Below are positions 1 to 9,155 of a stretch of DNA of 64,000 bases, piece by piece. The position numbers and the translations under genes were made by a program. Position 1 is the first letter of the stretch; every line of letters starts with the position of its first letter. The stretch comes from Candidatus Heimdallarchaeota archaeon (GTDB lineage: Archaea; Asgardarchaeota; Heimdallarchaeia; Heimdallarchaeales; Heimdallarchaeaceae): NCBI GenBank assembly GCA_021399345.1, contig JAAFKI010000045.1, positions 51,228 through 115,227 of the forward strand. Direction: 5' to 3'. The notes under the pieces are model-generated. The model saw only the letters and a list, made by a program, of their open reading frames with translations, made no database searches and was not told the DNA's origin.

Positions 1-1061
1 AAGATTTTGATAGATATGAAGCTGAATTTACATCTTTGCTTCTAGATGAATCTTTTTCAGTCAATATTTACAATAGAGGAGATGAAGAATTTACAATTTC
101 ATTAGATATTAAACTAGAAACTTCCATATCGATGCGTGCAACTTGGAATAAGTATAGTGGTCTGTTAACTGCTCTCTCTGTTCATCTCATATATGGTGAC
201 AAGAGTAGCGTTCTGGTCATCTCACTAGAAAGTTATGAAGAGATTCTCTCCCCATTAGATTCACATTTTATGCAATTCTTTATTACGAATAGTTCTTCTA
301 GACATGAAATCTACCAACTAAGGAATTCTACTAAAGAACAACTAGAGCTGTGGGATCATTGGATTAACCAATTGAATCAAACATATGGTCTAAGATATTT
401 ATTTTCCAAATCTGGCCTAAATTTCCAAAAAACACTTTATGTATATGACAAACTTCTCGATTCTTATTTCTCATCAACGCCAGTTCACGGATCATGGATT
501 GCACAAATCCCTCCTGTCCTCATACCAACATGGGATAAATATTCAGGAATGGCAATACTGGCAGAAAAATTATGGGAACAACTACATCAAGTGTTTCACG
601 GGTTTCAATTTACACTTACAGGCGTTACAAGCTCTTTATTTACCATTAGAGAAATAGATTTTCACATTGAGTATCAAAAAAGGGATAATCTTCACCACAT
701 CCTGTGGGAATTTTCATTTGATTACCAATCAAATAATACCCAAACTGTTGTTCCAAGATTATTTATTCAAGATACAGAAGTCTACATGAATGGATGGTTG
801 GCATATACCGAAGGTGGTCAACTTCAATCATTTTCTCTTGAGTTTCAAGAATTATATCACTCATATTACGACCCACCTGAATTAGATTTTGGGAATAATT
901 ACTACTTTGAATACTATATTGAATCCGTATCAGAAAATATTACTAAACCTGAGTTTGTGAGTATAACTGAAACACCTCACCCATTCCATTTTGAGCAGAT
1001 AATTTTTTATTGTATTCTTGCTTATTCAATTATTAAGAAAAAACGCAGAAGAAGGAATTGA
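1..1061 (+). CDS. surface/secreted protein, 5' end cut by window edge; C-terminal TM helix + poly-basic tail
   Basis: The frame is open from nt 3 (DFDRYEAEFTS...), so the TTG at 36 is not a real start. The protein ends ...HPFHFEQIIFYCILAYSIIKKKRRRRN, a hydrophobic helix followed by a K/R run. Several N-x-S/T sequons. No catalytic motif recognised. Confidence 0.5.
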   Translation, partial: DFDRYEAEFTSLLLDESFSVNIYNRGDEEFTISLDIKLETSISMRATWNKYSGLLTALSVHLIYGDKSSVLVISLESYEEILSPLDSHFMQFFITNSSSRHEIYQLRNSTKEQLELWDHWINQLNQTYGLRYLFSKSGLNFQKTLYVYDKLLDSYFSSTPVHGSWIAQIPPVLIPTWDKYSGMAILAEKLWEQLHQVFHGFQFTLTGVTSSLFTIREIDFHIEYQKRDNLHHILWEFSFDYQSNNTQTVVPRLFIQDTEVYMNGWLAYTEGGQLQSFSLEFQELYHSYYDPPELDFGNNYYFEYYIESVSENITKPEFVSITETPHPFHFEQIIFYCILAYSIIKKKRRRRN

Positions 1062-1062
1062 T

Positions 1063-2853
1063 ATGAAATCCACAAATAAAGTACAAAATAATAAATTTGT
1101 ATTAGATACTAATTTCTTTATCAGTGGATTTGAAACAAATCCTTCAGAATTTGCGTTATTCCTAGAAATAATAACAGAAATGGGGATTGAACTTTTTGTT
1201 ACAAATAATATACTGCAGGAAATTCGCTGGTATCTCCGCAGAAGAATCAAGCCCCCAATTCAAATCATAAAAATCCCAATCAAAGAGATTAGAGATTACA
1301 GAGAGAATTTAGACAAAGAAGAGCTTTCATCACCTCAAATTAATGATTTATCAAATATAGTAGCAGCAAAACAAGTCAATGCAGTTGTGGTATCAAGTGA
1401 TTTAAAGCTTGTAAAAACTTGTGAAACATTAAATGTTCCTGTTTTGATTAGCTCTTCGTTTGTATTCTTACTAAGAAACACTTGTTCTCATGAAGCTCAT
1501 AATGAGGTTTTAGAAAAACTCCATGATATTGTTCTATCAGATGAGATAAGACATTCTGTTGAAAAAAGGCAAATGTTTGATCCTGTAACCAGAATTAAAA
1601 AAATCCAAGAGCATGCAATCAATGTGCTACAGAATATTATTACTGCAAATCAAATATCTCCAGAAAGGGAGACTTCGAAATATCATACCTTAGTAGAAGA
1701 GAATAATCTTATCGAACTAATGAATGAATTGGAATTTGAGTTTCCAAATTACATAGAAGAAATGGAGAAGGGGAATCTTGAAGTTTTAAGGTTAGAACTT
1801 GAAGAGGCTTATATTGAACTATCTGATCAATCTTTAGAACTTCGAATTGCACTTCTAGAAAAGGAAAGTTACATTGAGGAGTTATCTATTCGGTTAAAAG
1901 CTAGAATACTTTACCTGCTTAGTGTAGTTGAGTTTACACTTCTGGATTTTGAAAAATTAGATGGTCATCTGAATATTATTACTGAAGTTTCTATAATTTT
2001 CCCTAATCTTGTTTCAGACATTTTCATGGACCTGCATTTCCTAAGAATGGTTTATTTTCTAGTCACAGATAATCACGAAAGATTGAAAGGATATTATACT
2101 GAAAAATTCCTATTTCTATGTGAAAAACAAAATCGCTTAGACTTACTAGGTCTAACTAGAGCTGTTATTTTAGCATCAACCATAATGGAAAGTGGTTTAA
2201 TAGATAAAAGGGCAGTAATTGAAGAAAAAGATGAAATTTCCTTACTCATTCAAATTGGTTATATTTTACTGCAAAAGGAGCAATTTGAACATGCCTTATT
2301 GATACTTCTCCAATCACATTACCTTGCTTTAAATCTTGAAGATCAAGTTCTTTCAAAAGATACTTTGGAATTACTTGTAGTTCTTCATTATGCGATAAAG
2401 GAGCGATGTACAGAAGAAATTTATCAAGGAATTGAAGATTTACAAGAATTAGGAATTTATGAACTTCCAGTAATTAGTATAGCAAATATTAATGAATTAC
2501 AAAGATTAATCTCTCATGAATATGTCCTTAAAGAGGAGTTAGATATCTTTTTGCAAGATTGGTTTTATATCTACCAAAGTGGTACTCTCATTAGAGAAGG
2601 TGAAGTTTACTCCTTTATACTTCTTAAAAATCCATATTATTCTCCAAGAATAGGTTTAATCCGAAAAACACCATTTTCTACTTATGATACGAGTCCTGGA
2701 AGACAAGTCAAACTATATGAGGGAAAGGTCAAAGTTGTAATTCCTAAAGAATCTACAATTGGTGGCTTTCCAATAGATCTCATTATGCAAGTTGAAGAGA
2801 AAGAAGCAAAATTTATTTTCAGAGGACCATTTGGAATGAAAATAATCCTATGA
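1063..2853 (+). CDS. PIN-domain protein with ~450-aa helical C-terminal extension
   Basis: I prefer the ATG at 1063 (MKSTNKV...) over the in-frame start at 1018, which overlaps the previous gene. KFVLDTNFFISG ... VTNNILQEI ... AVVVSSDLKLV carries the spaced acidic residues typical of PIN nucleases. The remainder is Leu/Glu-rich helical with no motif I recognise. Confidence 0.55.
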   Translation: MKSTNKVQNNKFVLDTNFFISGFETNPSEFALFLEIITEMGIELFVTNNILQEIRWYLRRRIKPPIQIIKIPIKEIRDYRENLDKEELSSPQINDLSNIVAAKQVNAVVVSSDLKLVKTCETLNVPVLISSSFVFLLRNTCSHEAHNEVLEKLHDIVLSDEIRHSVEKRQMFDPVTRIKKIQEHAINVLQNIITANQISPERETSKYHTLVEENNLIELMNELEFEFPNYIEEMEKGNLEVLRLELEEAYIELSDQSLELRIALLEKESYIEELSIRLKARILYLLSVVEFTLLDFEKLDGHLNIITEVSIIFPNLVSDIFMDLHFLRMVYFLVTDNHERLKGYYTEKFLFLCEKQNRLDLLGLTRAVILASTIMESGLIDKRAVIEEKDEISLLIQIGYILLQKEQFEHALLILLQSHYLALNLEDQVLSKDTLELLVVLHYAIKERCTEEIYQGIEDLQELGIYELPVISIANINELQRLISHEYVLKEELDIFLQDWFYIYQSGTLIREGEVYSFILLKNPYYSPRIGLIRKTPFSTYDTSPGRQVKLYEGKVKVVIPKESTIGGFPIDLIMQVEEKEAKFIFRGPFGMKIIL

Positions 2854-3825
2854 TTCTAACCATGATTTGATTGTTTCAGTTAGTTCTTTATTTGTAAAAG
2901 GATGTCGTTTGATTTTTTCAATTATTTGACTTATATCATGTCTTCTTTGAGTTGCAAGGACACCCATTTCCATTAATGCATCTCTGGCTTTTGTAAAAGC
3001 TTGTATTAGCTCATCTTTATCAGACTCAACATAGACAACTGACATCAAATTTTCATATACTTGCTCTGGGGTAAGACTCCCCCAGTTCTTTGATATATCT
3101 GTCATTTCAGCAAACTCTGATGAGATAACAGCAAAACCCCTTCCAACCTTCTTAATGAAATTCTTTTGCATTAACCTAAAAATTGCTCTTGAAATATCTT
3201 GAGGTTCAATTTTTAATTTTTGGTTTATTTCATCTTCAGTCAAAGGCATTTCTGCTTTGAGAAGAAGTCCTAGAATTTGCTGATCTGGTGTTCCACTTTC
3301 ACTACAATGAATAGCTAAATCTCTTAGTGAAGAAACAAAGACATCATCTGTTGGTTTTTTGTAATAGGCCATTAAAGTATCAACAAAATTGTTAACTGGG
3401 CCTAAATCTAACTCAGGAATATTTGAAACACTTGATTCGCTAGGAGGTTCATGAAGTGGGGTTGGAGGACTAGAAGTTGTTTGTGATGAGCTTTCTTGAA
3501 GAGTATTAATTTCCATTTCTTTCTGCTGAACAGTTTTTTGTAGTTCATGTTCTCGATCGCTTCTTGCTTTCTTGTCTTGCTCAAAGAACATTCTTTCTTC
3601 TTCTACTCTCTTAGAATATTCTTGTAATTCCAAATCTTTGTTTTGTATAACTTGATTAAATTTTGAAATTTCTACTTGCAGTTCTTCAATTCTATTGGAC
3701 TGAGTAGCAATTCTTTGTTGCAATTGCTGTATAAACTGCTGTTGAGCTTGAGTTCTTAACTTTGCTTTCTTTGGATCGTCTTTAGAATTTTCGTCATCAA
3801 ATGGATTATGAACCATCCCATTCAC
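2848..3825 (-). CDS. coiled-coil protein with C-terminal winged-helix-like domain (hypothetical)
   Basis: 325-aa ORF. The N-terminal ~110 aa are Q/E/K heptad-rich (QQFIQQLQQRIATQSNRIEELQVEISK...). An S/P linker follows, then an HTH-like segment (LTEDEINQKLKIEPQDISRAIFRLMQKNFIKKVGRGFAV). The 3' end overlaps the convergent PIN gene by 6 nt. Confidence 0.45.
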   Translation of the reverse strand: MNGMVHNPFDDENSKDDPKKAKLRTQAQQQFIQQLQQRIATQSNRIEELQVEISKFNQVIQNKDLELQEYSKRVEEERMFFEQDKKARSDREHELQKTVQQKEMEINTLQESSSQTTSSPPTPLHEPPSESSVSNIPELDLGPVNNFVDTLMAYYKKPTDDVFVSSLRDLAIHCSESGTPDQQILGLLLKAEMPLTEDEINQKLKIEPQDISRAIFRLMQKNFIKKVGRGFAVISSEFAEMTDISKNWGSLTPEQVYENLMSVVYVESDKDELIQAFTKARDALMEMGVLATQRRHDISQIIEKIKRHPFTNKELTETIKSWLES

Positions 3826-3918
3826 CTAACTTTTCTTAAGAACCGTATCAAATAAAGTTATTCATTTAGTGCTTAGGAGTTAACAAAAGAAGCAATAAAA
3901 ATTGCCACTCTGGATTGT

Positions 3919-4530
3919 TTACTCAAGGTTCAATATCTCTTTGATAATCGTTTCAAAGCTTGTCTGATTTTCATCCAAAGTAACATAGGGCCAGATTCTA
4001 TTTTCAGTACTCATCACATATTCAGCTAGAGCTATTACGTCTCCAACACCATAACCAAGTTCTTTCTTGTTTCTAGCCAAGAAATTGTCGAAGTTTCTTA
4101 GTAACTCATCTTCTTTTGCCTTGGCACCTTTTGTTTCTTCAAGACGATCTGGATTGTCAAGCCTTTTGAACCTAGTTTTCATAGAAGTATGAAAAGCAAT
4201 TACAAATACATTATCATTACCATAATGTTTTCTTAATATTTCAACCTCTGAAACAGCTCTTATTCCTGAGATAAAAACACCAGGGATTTCACTTGAAAGT
4301 TTATCTATTTTTTTCATTAACCTTTCTGTAAAAAAGCTATCTGAAATCTGCTTACATTCATCAGTAACCTTCTTAATATTTTCAGGTGTGAATTCAAAAC
4401 CTCTACTTGTCACTTCTTCTAGAACTTCAGTACCGGTTTCATACAAGGGCATACTATATTTAGGCCCAATTACTTTAGCATTTGTTGTTTTACCACTTAA
4501 AGGCAACCCAGAGAGAACTACTATTTTCAC
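3919..4530 (-). CDS. P-loop nucleotide kinase of the archaeal UPF0200 family
   Basis: Walker A GLPLSGKTT. ISGIRAVSEVEILRKHYG..NVFVIAFHTSMKTRFKRL and RNKKELGYGVGDVIALAEYVM match my memory of UPF0200 proteins (IDGVRSLDEV..., RDWKELKFGIGGVIAMADY). I prefer the GTG at 4530 because AGGTGA lies 5 nt upstream. The ORF track starts at the GTG at 4539. Confidence 0.65.
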   Translation of the reverse strand: MKIVVLSGLPLSGKTTNAKVIGPKYSMPLYETGTEVLEEVTSRGFEFTPENIKKVTDECKQISDSFFTERLMKKIDKLSSEIPGVFISGIRAVSEVEILRKHYGNDNVFVIAFHTSMKTRFKRLDNPDRLEETKGAKAKEDELLRNFDNFLARNKKELGYGVGDVIALAEYVMSTENRIWPYVTLDENQTSFETIIKEILNLE

Positions 4531-4552
4531 CAATTTCACCTACAGATATTTT

Positions 4553-4622
4553 GGCCAGAGAGCTCACTCTCGTCACCGCTAGCCATAACATTGCTCAGAG
4601 AGGTCTATGATAAGCTCTGGCC
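4553..4622. other. GC-rich 70-nt imperfect palindrome; candidate small structured RNA or 5'-UTR element
   Basis: GGCCAGAG (4553-4560) pairs perfectly with CTCTGGCC (4615-4622), and inner CTCTC/GAGAG pairing is possible. My hand count is 38/70 G+C, against AT-rich flanks. It sits between two minus-strand genes with a TATATA stretch directly adjacent at 4623-4632. No tRNA arms and no clean C/D or H/ACA boxes. Confidence 0.25.
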
Positions 4623-4684
4623 ATATATACTAAAAAAAGGACATTTAAAAAATCAGTGGTTGAACGTTAAAAGAGAAAAAGTGA

Positions 4685-5908
4685 TTAAAGGAGTCTCTTT
4701 TCACCTTCAATTTTCCTTATATCAGTTATATCTTGTGTAACTTCTAGAACGCCCAAGTATTCTCCAGTTTTGTTTCTAACAGGAAAATATCGAATGAGAA
4801 TAAATCTATCTCCTAACTCTAACCAGAATTCAGCTTTGTCAAGAGTTTTGTTTTTAAATTTATCAATGATTTCCATCACTTTGTCTACACTTCTGGAAGG
4901 ATGACAGTTTTCAACTAATCTACCTATTACACTTGGTGTTCGAATAAATACTCTATCTGGACCTTCACTGTAAAATTTCACAACATCATCTTTATCAACA
5001 AATGTTGTATCTATTGGGAGTGTTTTGAAAATCTGTTGGACAATTTCCAAATCCAAGATTCCATTACCTAAATCAACCTGTTTTTCATCAACCATAACAG
5101 GTTTAGATACCTCTTCTACTTCATCCTTTACAGGTGTAACTTCAGGAGAAAGGAAGAAATATCCAATATCATCAAATTGCTTTCTTACATCAACCCAATC
5201 TGATTCTTTTAGGAGTTTCATAGCTGTTGGGAACAACACTTTGTTCTCTTTTGGGAAATGACTTGCTAGCATTTCAGCTAAACCATGAGCATAAAGATGG
5301 AATTTTTCAAGAAAAATTGGAAATTCAAGTTCATTTTTGTTCTTAACTAAACTGATCAGATTTTTCTCCAAATCTCGTATTCGATCATGGTCAATCCACA
5401 TGATTTTGGGGGGTTGTGTTACACCATATTTTTCTAAGTATGGAAATAGAACATTTTCTTCTCTGAGATAATGATCTTCAGATTTTTGAATCATATCAAC
5501 TATACTCTCAATCTCAATTAATTCATTGATAATTTCGGGAAACCTATTTTTCTTGCTGATTTCTTTGTAAATATCTCTCAATCTATTGACTTTTTCTAAG
5601 AGTATTGTGTGTTCTTGCATAAGAATATTAATTGGATGCCCTTCAGGGGCCAAATCTTGTTCTTCTTCAAGTGTTTCTTGGAGAATTGCTAAATGAACAT
5701 CACACATATGATGTATTTCTTCAATAGGCATACCTTCCTTTATGAGTTGTTCCTCAGCTTGAGCAATTTCATAAGAAGAGAGATTTTTAATAACATCTTT
5801 AAACTCTTCTTTTACCTTTTTAGGATCTACTCCCTCGTGTAATTTCTTGATGAGTTTTTTAATAGCTTCTTTATTCTTTATAGATTTTTCACTTACTTTC
5901 TCGTGCAT
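4685..5908 (-). CDS. DUF438 / hemerythrin-like / PAS domain protein (putative O2, NO or iron sensor)
   Basis: The N-terminus IKKLHEGVDPKKVKEEFKDVIKNLSSYEIAQAEEQLIKEGMPIEEIHHMCDVH is the DUF438 pattern. Central HHE-type histidines follow (QEHTILLEK ... EDHYLREENVLFP ... IDHDRIRD). The C-terminal PAS-like block ends VLEVTQDITDIRKIE. Confidence 0.7.
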   Translation of the reverse strand: MHEKVSEKSIKNKEAIKKLIKKLHEGVDPKKVKEEFKDVIKNLSSYEIAQAEEQLIKEGMPIEEIHHMCDVHLAILQETLEEEQDLAPEGHPINILMQEHTILLEKVNRLRDIYKEISKKNRFPEIINELIEIESIVDMIQKSEDHYLREENVLFPYLEKYGVTQPPKIMWIDHDRIRDLEKNLISLVKNKNELEFPIFLEKFHLYAHGLAEMLASHFPKENKVLFPTAMKLLKESDWVDVRKQFDDIGYFFLSPEVTPVKDEVEEVSKPVMVDEKQVDLGNGILDLEIVQQIFKTLPIDTTFVDKDDVVKFYSEGPDRVFIRTPSVIGRLVENCHPSRSVDKVMEIIDKFKNKTLDKAEFWLELGDRFILIRYFPVRNKTGEYLGVLEVTQDITDIRKIEGEKRLL

Positions 5909-5939
5909 TTCTAGTCAATCCAATGTTTTTTACAGTTTG

Positions 5940-5971
5940 AGAGAGCTTTATAGCCCCTATACGAGCTCTCT
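5940..5971. promoter_or_regulatory. 8-bp perfect inverted repeat (AGAGAGCT-N16-AGCTCTCT) spanning a TATA-like box; candidate operator
   Basis: AGAGAGCT at 5940-5947 and AGCTCTCT at 5964-5971. On the minus strand the spacer contains CTATAAAG (5953-5946), about 42 nt upstream of the DUF438 gene ATG at 5908. It lies in the divergent intergenic region shared with grpE. Confidence 0.3.
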
Positions 5972-6068
5972 TTAGCAAACTCTAAATAAATATTTAGTTG
6001 GACCCAAACTTATGTTTATCGAAATAAAACAAAGAGAGATTTTTTATTGGTCGAATAGAAGATTTTAA

Positions 6069-6803
6069 ATGTCAGTAATTGGGCTGAAAAACGAGATTCA
6101 AAGGTGGGTTTTTCCTATGTTTGAAAAAGCTGATAATCCCGATAAAGAAAAAGAATTCATTGAAGTAGATGTAGATAGTGAGCCTGAGGAACAAGTTTCT
6201 CAAGAGGAAATAAAGCTCATTCCAGAAGAGGTTGAAAAAAATCATCTATCTGTTGAAATACTAAATCTTGTAAATAACAATCAAGTTGATGAATTAACTG
6301 AAATAATCTGGACTTTAAAACAAGAATTAAGGGAAGCGAAAATCAAGCAAGACGAGTTTCTTTATACAGCTCAAAGGGTTCAAGCAGATTTTGAAAATTT
6401 CAAAAAGAGAATACAAAAAGATCAAGAATTCTCCAATTATCGCGTTAAAAGTAGCATTTTGCTAAAACTTACAACCCTATATGATGATTTAGAGAGAACT
6501 CTCACAGTTTTGAATGAGAATGATGATTTGAAATCTTCTAAAGAAGCAATTAAGATGATTTTTAACAATACAAAATCCACTTTCGAAACTTTAGGAATTG
6601 AACCCATAAATCCAATTGATGAGATATTTGATTCAAAATATCATGAAGCTCTTTACACAGTTGAAGATGCTAAAAAAACTAAAAACCGAATAATAGAAGT
6701 TGTGTCAAAGGGATTTATGTTAGAGGGGATTTTACTAAAACCTGCAAAAGTTGTTATTGCTAAACCTCCTCAAGAGAAGAAAGAGGACGAGGATAGTAGT
6801 TAA
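6069..6803 (+). CDS. grpE: nucleotide exchange factor GrpE
   Basis: An acidic N-terminal tail, then EFLYTAQRVQADFENFKKRIQKDQE (GrpE signature R.QAEFENYRKR-like), and a C-terminal beta domain ending GFMLEGILLKPAKVVI. The start could be 6069 or the ATG at 6117. No dnaK/dnaJ is adjacent. Confidence 0.8.
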   Translation: MSVIGLKNEIQRWVFPMFEKADNPDKEKEFIEVDVDSEPEEQVSQEEIKLIPEEVEKNHLSVEILNLVNNNQVDELTEIIWTLKQELREAKIKQDEFLYTAQRVQADFENFKKRIQKDQEFSNYRVKSSILLKLTTLYDDLERTLTVLNENDDLKSSKEAIKMIFNNTKSTFETLGIEPINPIDEIFDSKYHEALYTVEDAKKTKNRIIEVVSKGFMLEGILLKPAKVVIAKPPQEKKEDEDSS

Positions 6804-6928
6804 GTTTTATTTCATATCTTTGTAGGAAATTTTAATTAATGGATTGATTATCAATATGATAATAAGATTAGAATTAACTTATAGTTTCTATTACAACTAT
6901 AATAAATAAACTCTTTCAAGGTATTATC

Positions 6929-7969
6929 ATGAGTAAATTAGGTATTGTATCCTATGGTTCGTATATCCCCAAATATCGTATATCTATTGAAGAAATAGCT
7001 AAGGTTTGGGATGACGATCCTAATGAAATTATCTCACAGTTACAGGTTTTTAGTAAATCAGTTCCTGGACCAGATGAAGATGTAGCTACGATGTCTGTTG
7101 AAGCAGCAAGAAATACAATAAGTCGATGGAAGGGGAATCCTCAAGACGTAGGTGCAATCTATGTTGGGAGCGAATCTCACCCTTATGCAGTTAAACCTAC
7201 AGCTACAATTGTCGCAGCAGCTATTGATGCTGAAAAGGAATTAACTGCTGCAGATTTGGAATTTGCATGTAAAGCTGGAACTGCTGGGATGCAAATGTGT
7301 TTCGGATTAGTTAAGTCTGAAATGATAAAATTTGGTTTAGCTATAGGTTCAGATGACAGCCAAGCTAAACCAAGAGATCCTCTAGAATATACAGCTGGAG
7401 CTGGAAGTGCAGCTTTTCTAATTGGTAAGGAGAGAGTTGTAGCAGAGCTAGAAGGGACGTATTCAATTACTACAGATACACCAGATTTTTGGAGAAGAGA
7501 AGGAGCAGTATTTCCTTCTCATGGAAATAGATTTACAGGACAACCAGCATACTTTCAACATACTGTTGATGCTTCCAAAGGATTAATGGAAAAACTTGGA
7601 ACCAAACCTTCAGATTATAATCATGTCACGTTTCATCAACCTAATACTAAGTTTCCTCTTACAGTTGCAAAAATGCTAGGCTTTACAACTGACCAAATTG
7701 ATATTAGTTTAATATGCAAAAACATTGGAAATGCATATTCCGCTTCATCAATGCTAGGATTAGCACATATCCTTAACAATTCTAATCCAGGAGATAGAAT
7801 ATTTATGACTTCATATGGCAGTGGAGCTGGAAGTGATGCGTTTTCATTTTCAATTACTGATGAGATTGAAGAACTCAAATCATATCCACTAACAGTTGAA
7901 CATTATTTGAACAACAAGGAACAAATTAACTATGGTAAGTATTCTAGATACAAGGGGATATTGAGGTGA
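6929..7969 (+). CDS. hydroxymethylglutaryl-CoA synthase, archaeal type
   Basis: KLGIVSYGSYIPKYRI..., GSESHPYAVKPTATIVA, and active-site-type Cys in LEFACKAGTAG. The size (346 aa) and the downstream thiolase and DUF35 genes fit the archaeal mevalonate trio. Confidence 0.85.
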   Translation: MSKLGIVSYGSYIPKYRISIEEIAKVWDDDPNEIISQLQVFSKSVPGPDEDVATMSVEAARNTISRWKGNPQDVGAIYVGSESHPYAVKPTATIVAAAIDAEKELTAADLEFACKAGTAGMQMCFGLVKSEMIKFGLAIGSDDSQAKPRDPLEYTAGAGSAAFLIGKERVVAELEGTYSITTDTPDFWRREGAVFPSHGNRFTGQPAYFQHTVDASKGLMEKLGTKPSDYNHVTFHQPNTKFPLTVAKMLGFTTDQIDISLICKNIGNAYSASSMLGLAHILNNSNPGDRIFMTSYGSGAGSDAFSFSITDEIEELKSYPLTVEHYLNNKEQINYGKYSRYKGILR

Positions 7970-7973
7970 TGAT

Positions 7974-9155
7974 ATGAGTAAAAGAGAAGTCTATATTATA
8001 GGATATGGTATAACTAAATTTGGTGAGCACTATGAACTGAATCCAAGTTCTAGCGCATCACAAGCTCTATCTAAAGCTATTCAAGATGCAAAGATTAGTA
8101 AGGATCTGATTCAAAGTTTATATTTTGGTTCAATGGTTTCAAATAGGAACAATCAGTCTTACATAGGAGGAAAAGCTTGTAGAGAGTGTAATTTGAACAT
8201 ACCAATAACTAAAGTTGATGTAGGAAATGCAAGTGGAGCTGGAGCTTTTCATCAAGCTTTCATAGCTATAAAAAGTGGTCTTCTAGAATGTATTGCAATA
8301 CTAGGTACAGAGAAATTAAGTGATTTTGTCAATAGTAGTACACTGGAAAAAATTCTTGGAGGTACAATTGATTATCAATGGGAATTTGAGCAAGGGGCCA
8401 CTTTAACAAGTCTGTATGCTTGGATGTCTCAAGCTCATATGAAGGAGTTCAATACAACCATGGAACAATTAGCGTCAGTTCCAGTCAAAAACCACAAGAA
8501 TGGAGTGAATAATCCAATCGCTCAATTCAGACGTGAAATCTCATTAAAACGATTTCTCAGTGCAAAGAGAATTTCACCCCCTATAGGAAGATTTGATCCT
8601 GCAACCCACTGTGATGGTAGCGCTGCAGTAATAATAGCTTCCAAGGAATTCGTGGAAAACCACTCAGAAATTGAAAGAAAGGTTAAAGTTGTGGGTTCAG
8701 CTCAAAGCTCGGATAAAATATCATTACACCATAGGGAAACCTTATCATCACTTCTAGCAACCCAAATTACCTCAAAAAAAGCTTATGAAATGGCTCAGAT
8801 TTCGTCGAAGGATATTAGTATTGCCGAAGTACATGATTCATATCCGATAGGAGAGATTCTAGCCATAGAAGATTTGGGATTCTTCCAAAAAGGAGAGGGC
8901 GGCAAAGCTACAGTTGAAGGAAAAACTCAACTTAACTCAGATATTAGTATAAATACCAGTGGAGGTCTCAAAGCAAGAGGGGATCCTTTCGGTGCAACAG
9001 GAATCGCTCAAATTATTGAAATTGTCCAGCAAATGAGAAGAGAAGCTGATAAGAGACAAGTTGATGATATAAAGTATGGTCTAACACAGAATGTAATGGG
9101 GACTGGAGCAAGTGTTTTAGTGCATATACTTTCAAATATGGAGGATGATAAATAA
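7974..9155 (+). CDS. acetyl-CoA C-acetyltransferase (archaeal thiolase)
   Basis: VYIIGYGITKFGE..., NASGAGAFHQA, EVHDSYPIGEILAIEDLGF, NTSGGLKARGDPFGATG are thiolase-fold motifs. GAGGTGAT Shine-Dalgarno 7 nt upstream of the ATG. Confidence 0.85.
   Translation: MSKREVYIIGYGITKFGEHYELNPSSSASQALSKAIQDAKISKDLIQSLYFGSMVSNRNNQSYIGGKACRECNLNIPITKVDVGNASGAGAFHQAFIAIKSGLLECIAILGTEKLSDFVNSSTLEKILGGTIDYQWEFEQGATLTSLYAWMSQAHMKEFNTTMEQLASVPVKNHKNGVNNPIAQFRREISLKRFLSAKRISPPIGRFDPATHCDGSAAVIIASKEFVENHSEIERKVKVVGSAQSSDKISLHHRETLSSLLATQITSKKAYEMAQISSKDISIAEVHDSYPIGEILAIEDLGFFQKGEGGKATVEGKTQLNSDISINTSGGLKARGDPFGATGIAQIIEIVQQMRREADKRQVDDIKYGLTQNVMGTGASVLVHILSNMEDDK

Noticed and set aside
4553-4622. tRNA, C/D box or H/ACA sRNA assignment for the 70-nt palindrome
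   Set aside because: - tRNA: the acceptor-like 8-bp stem is present, but there is no D-arm, anticodon arm or GTTC T-loop.
- C/D box: there is only a degenerate GUGACGA with a misplaced CUGA.
- H/ACA: there is no convincing K-turn, and no ACA at the right place on the strand where the pocket geometry would fit.
6069-6803. Orphan grpE (no dnaK/dnaJ in the window) as evidence of something unusual
   Set aside because: The partner genes may simply lie elsewhere in the genome. A 64-kb window cannot establish absence.
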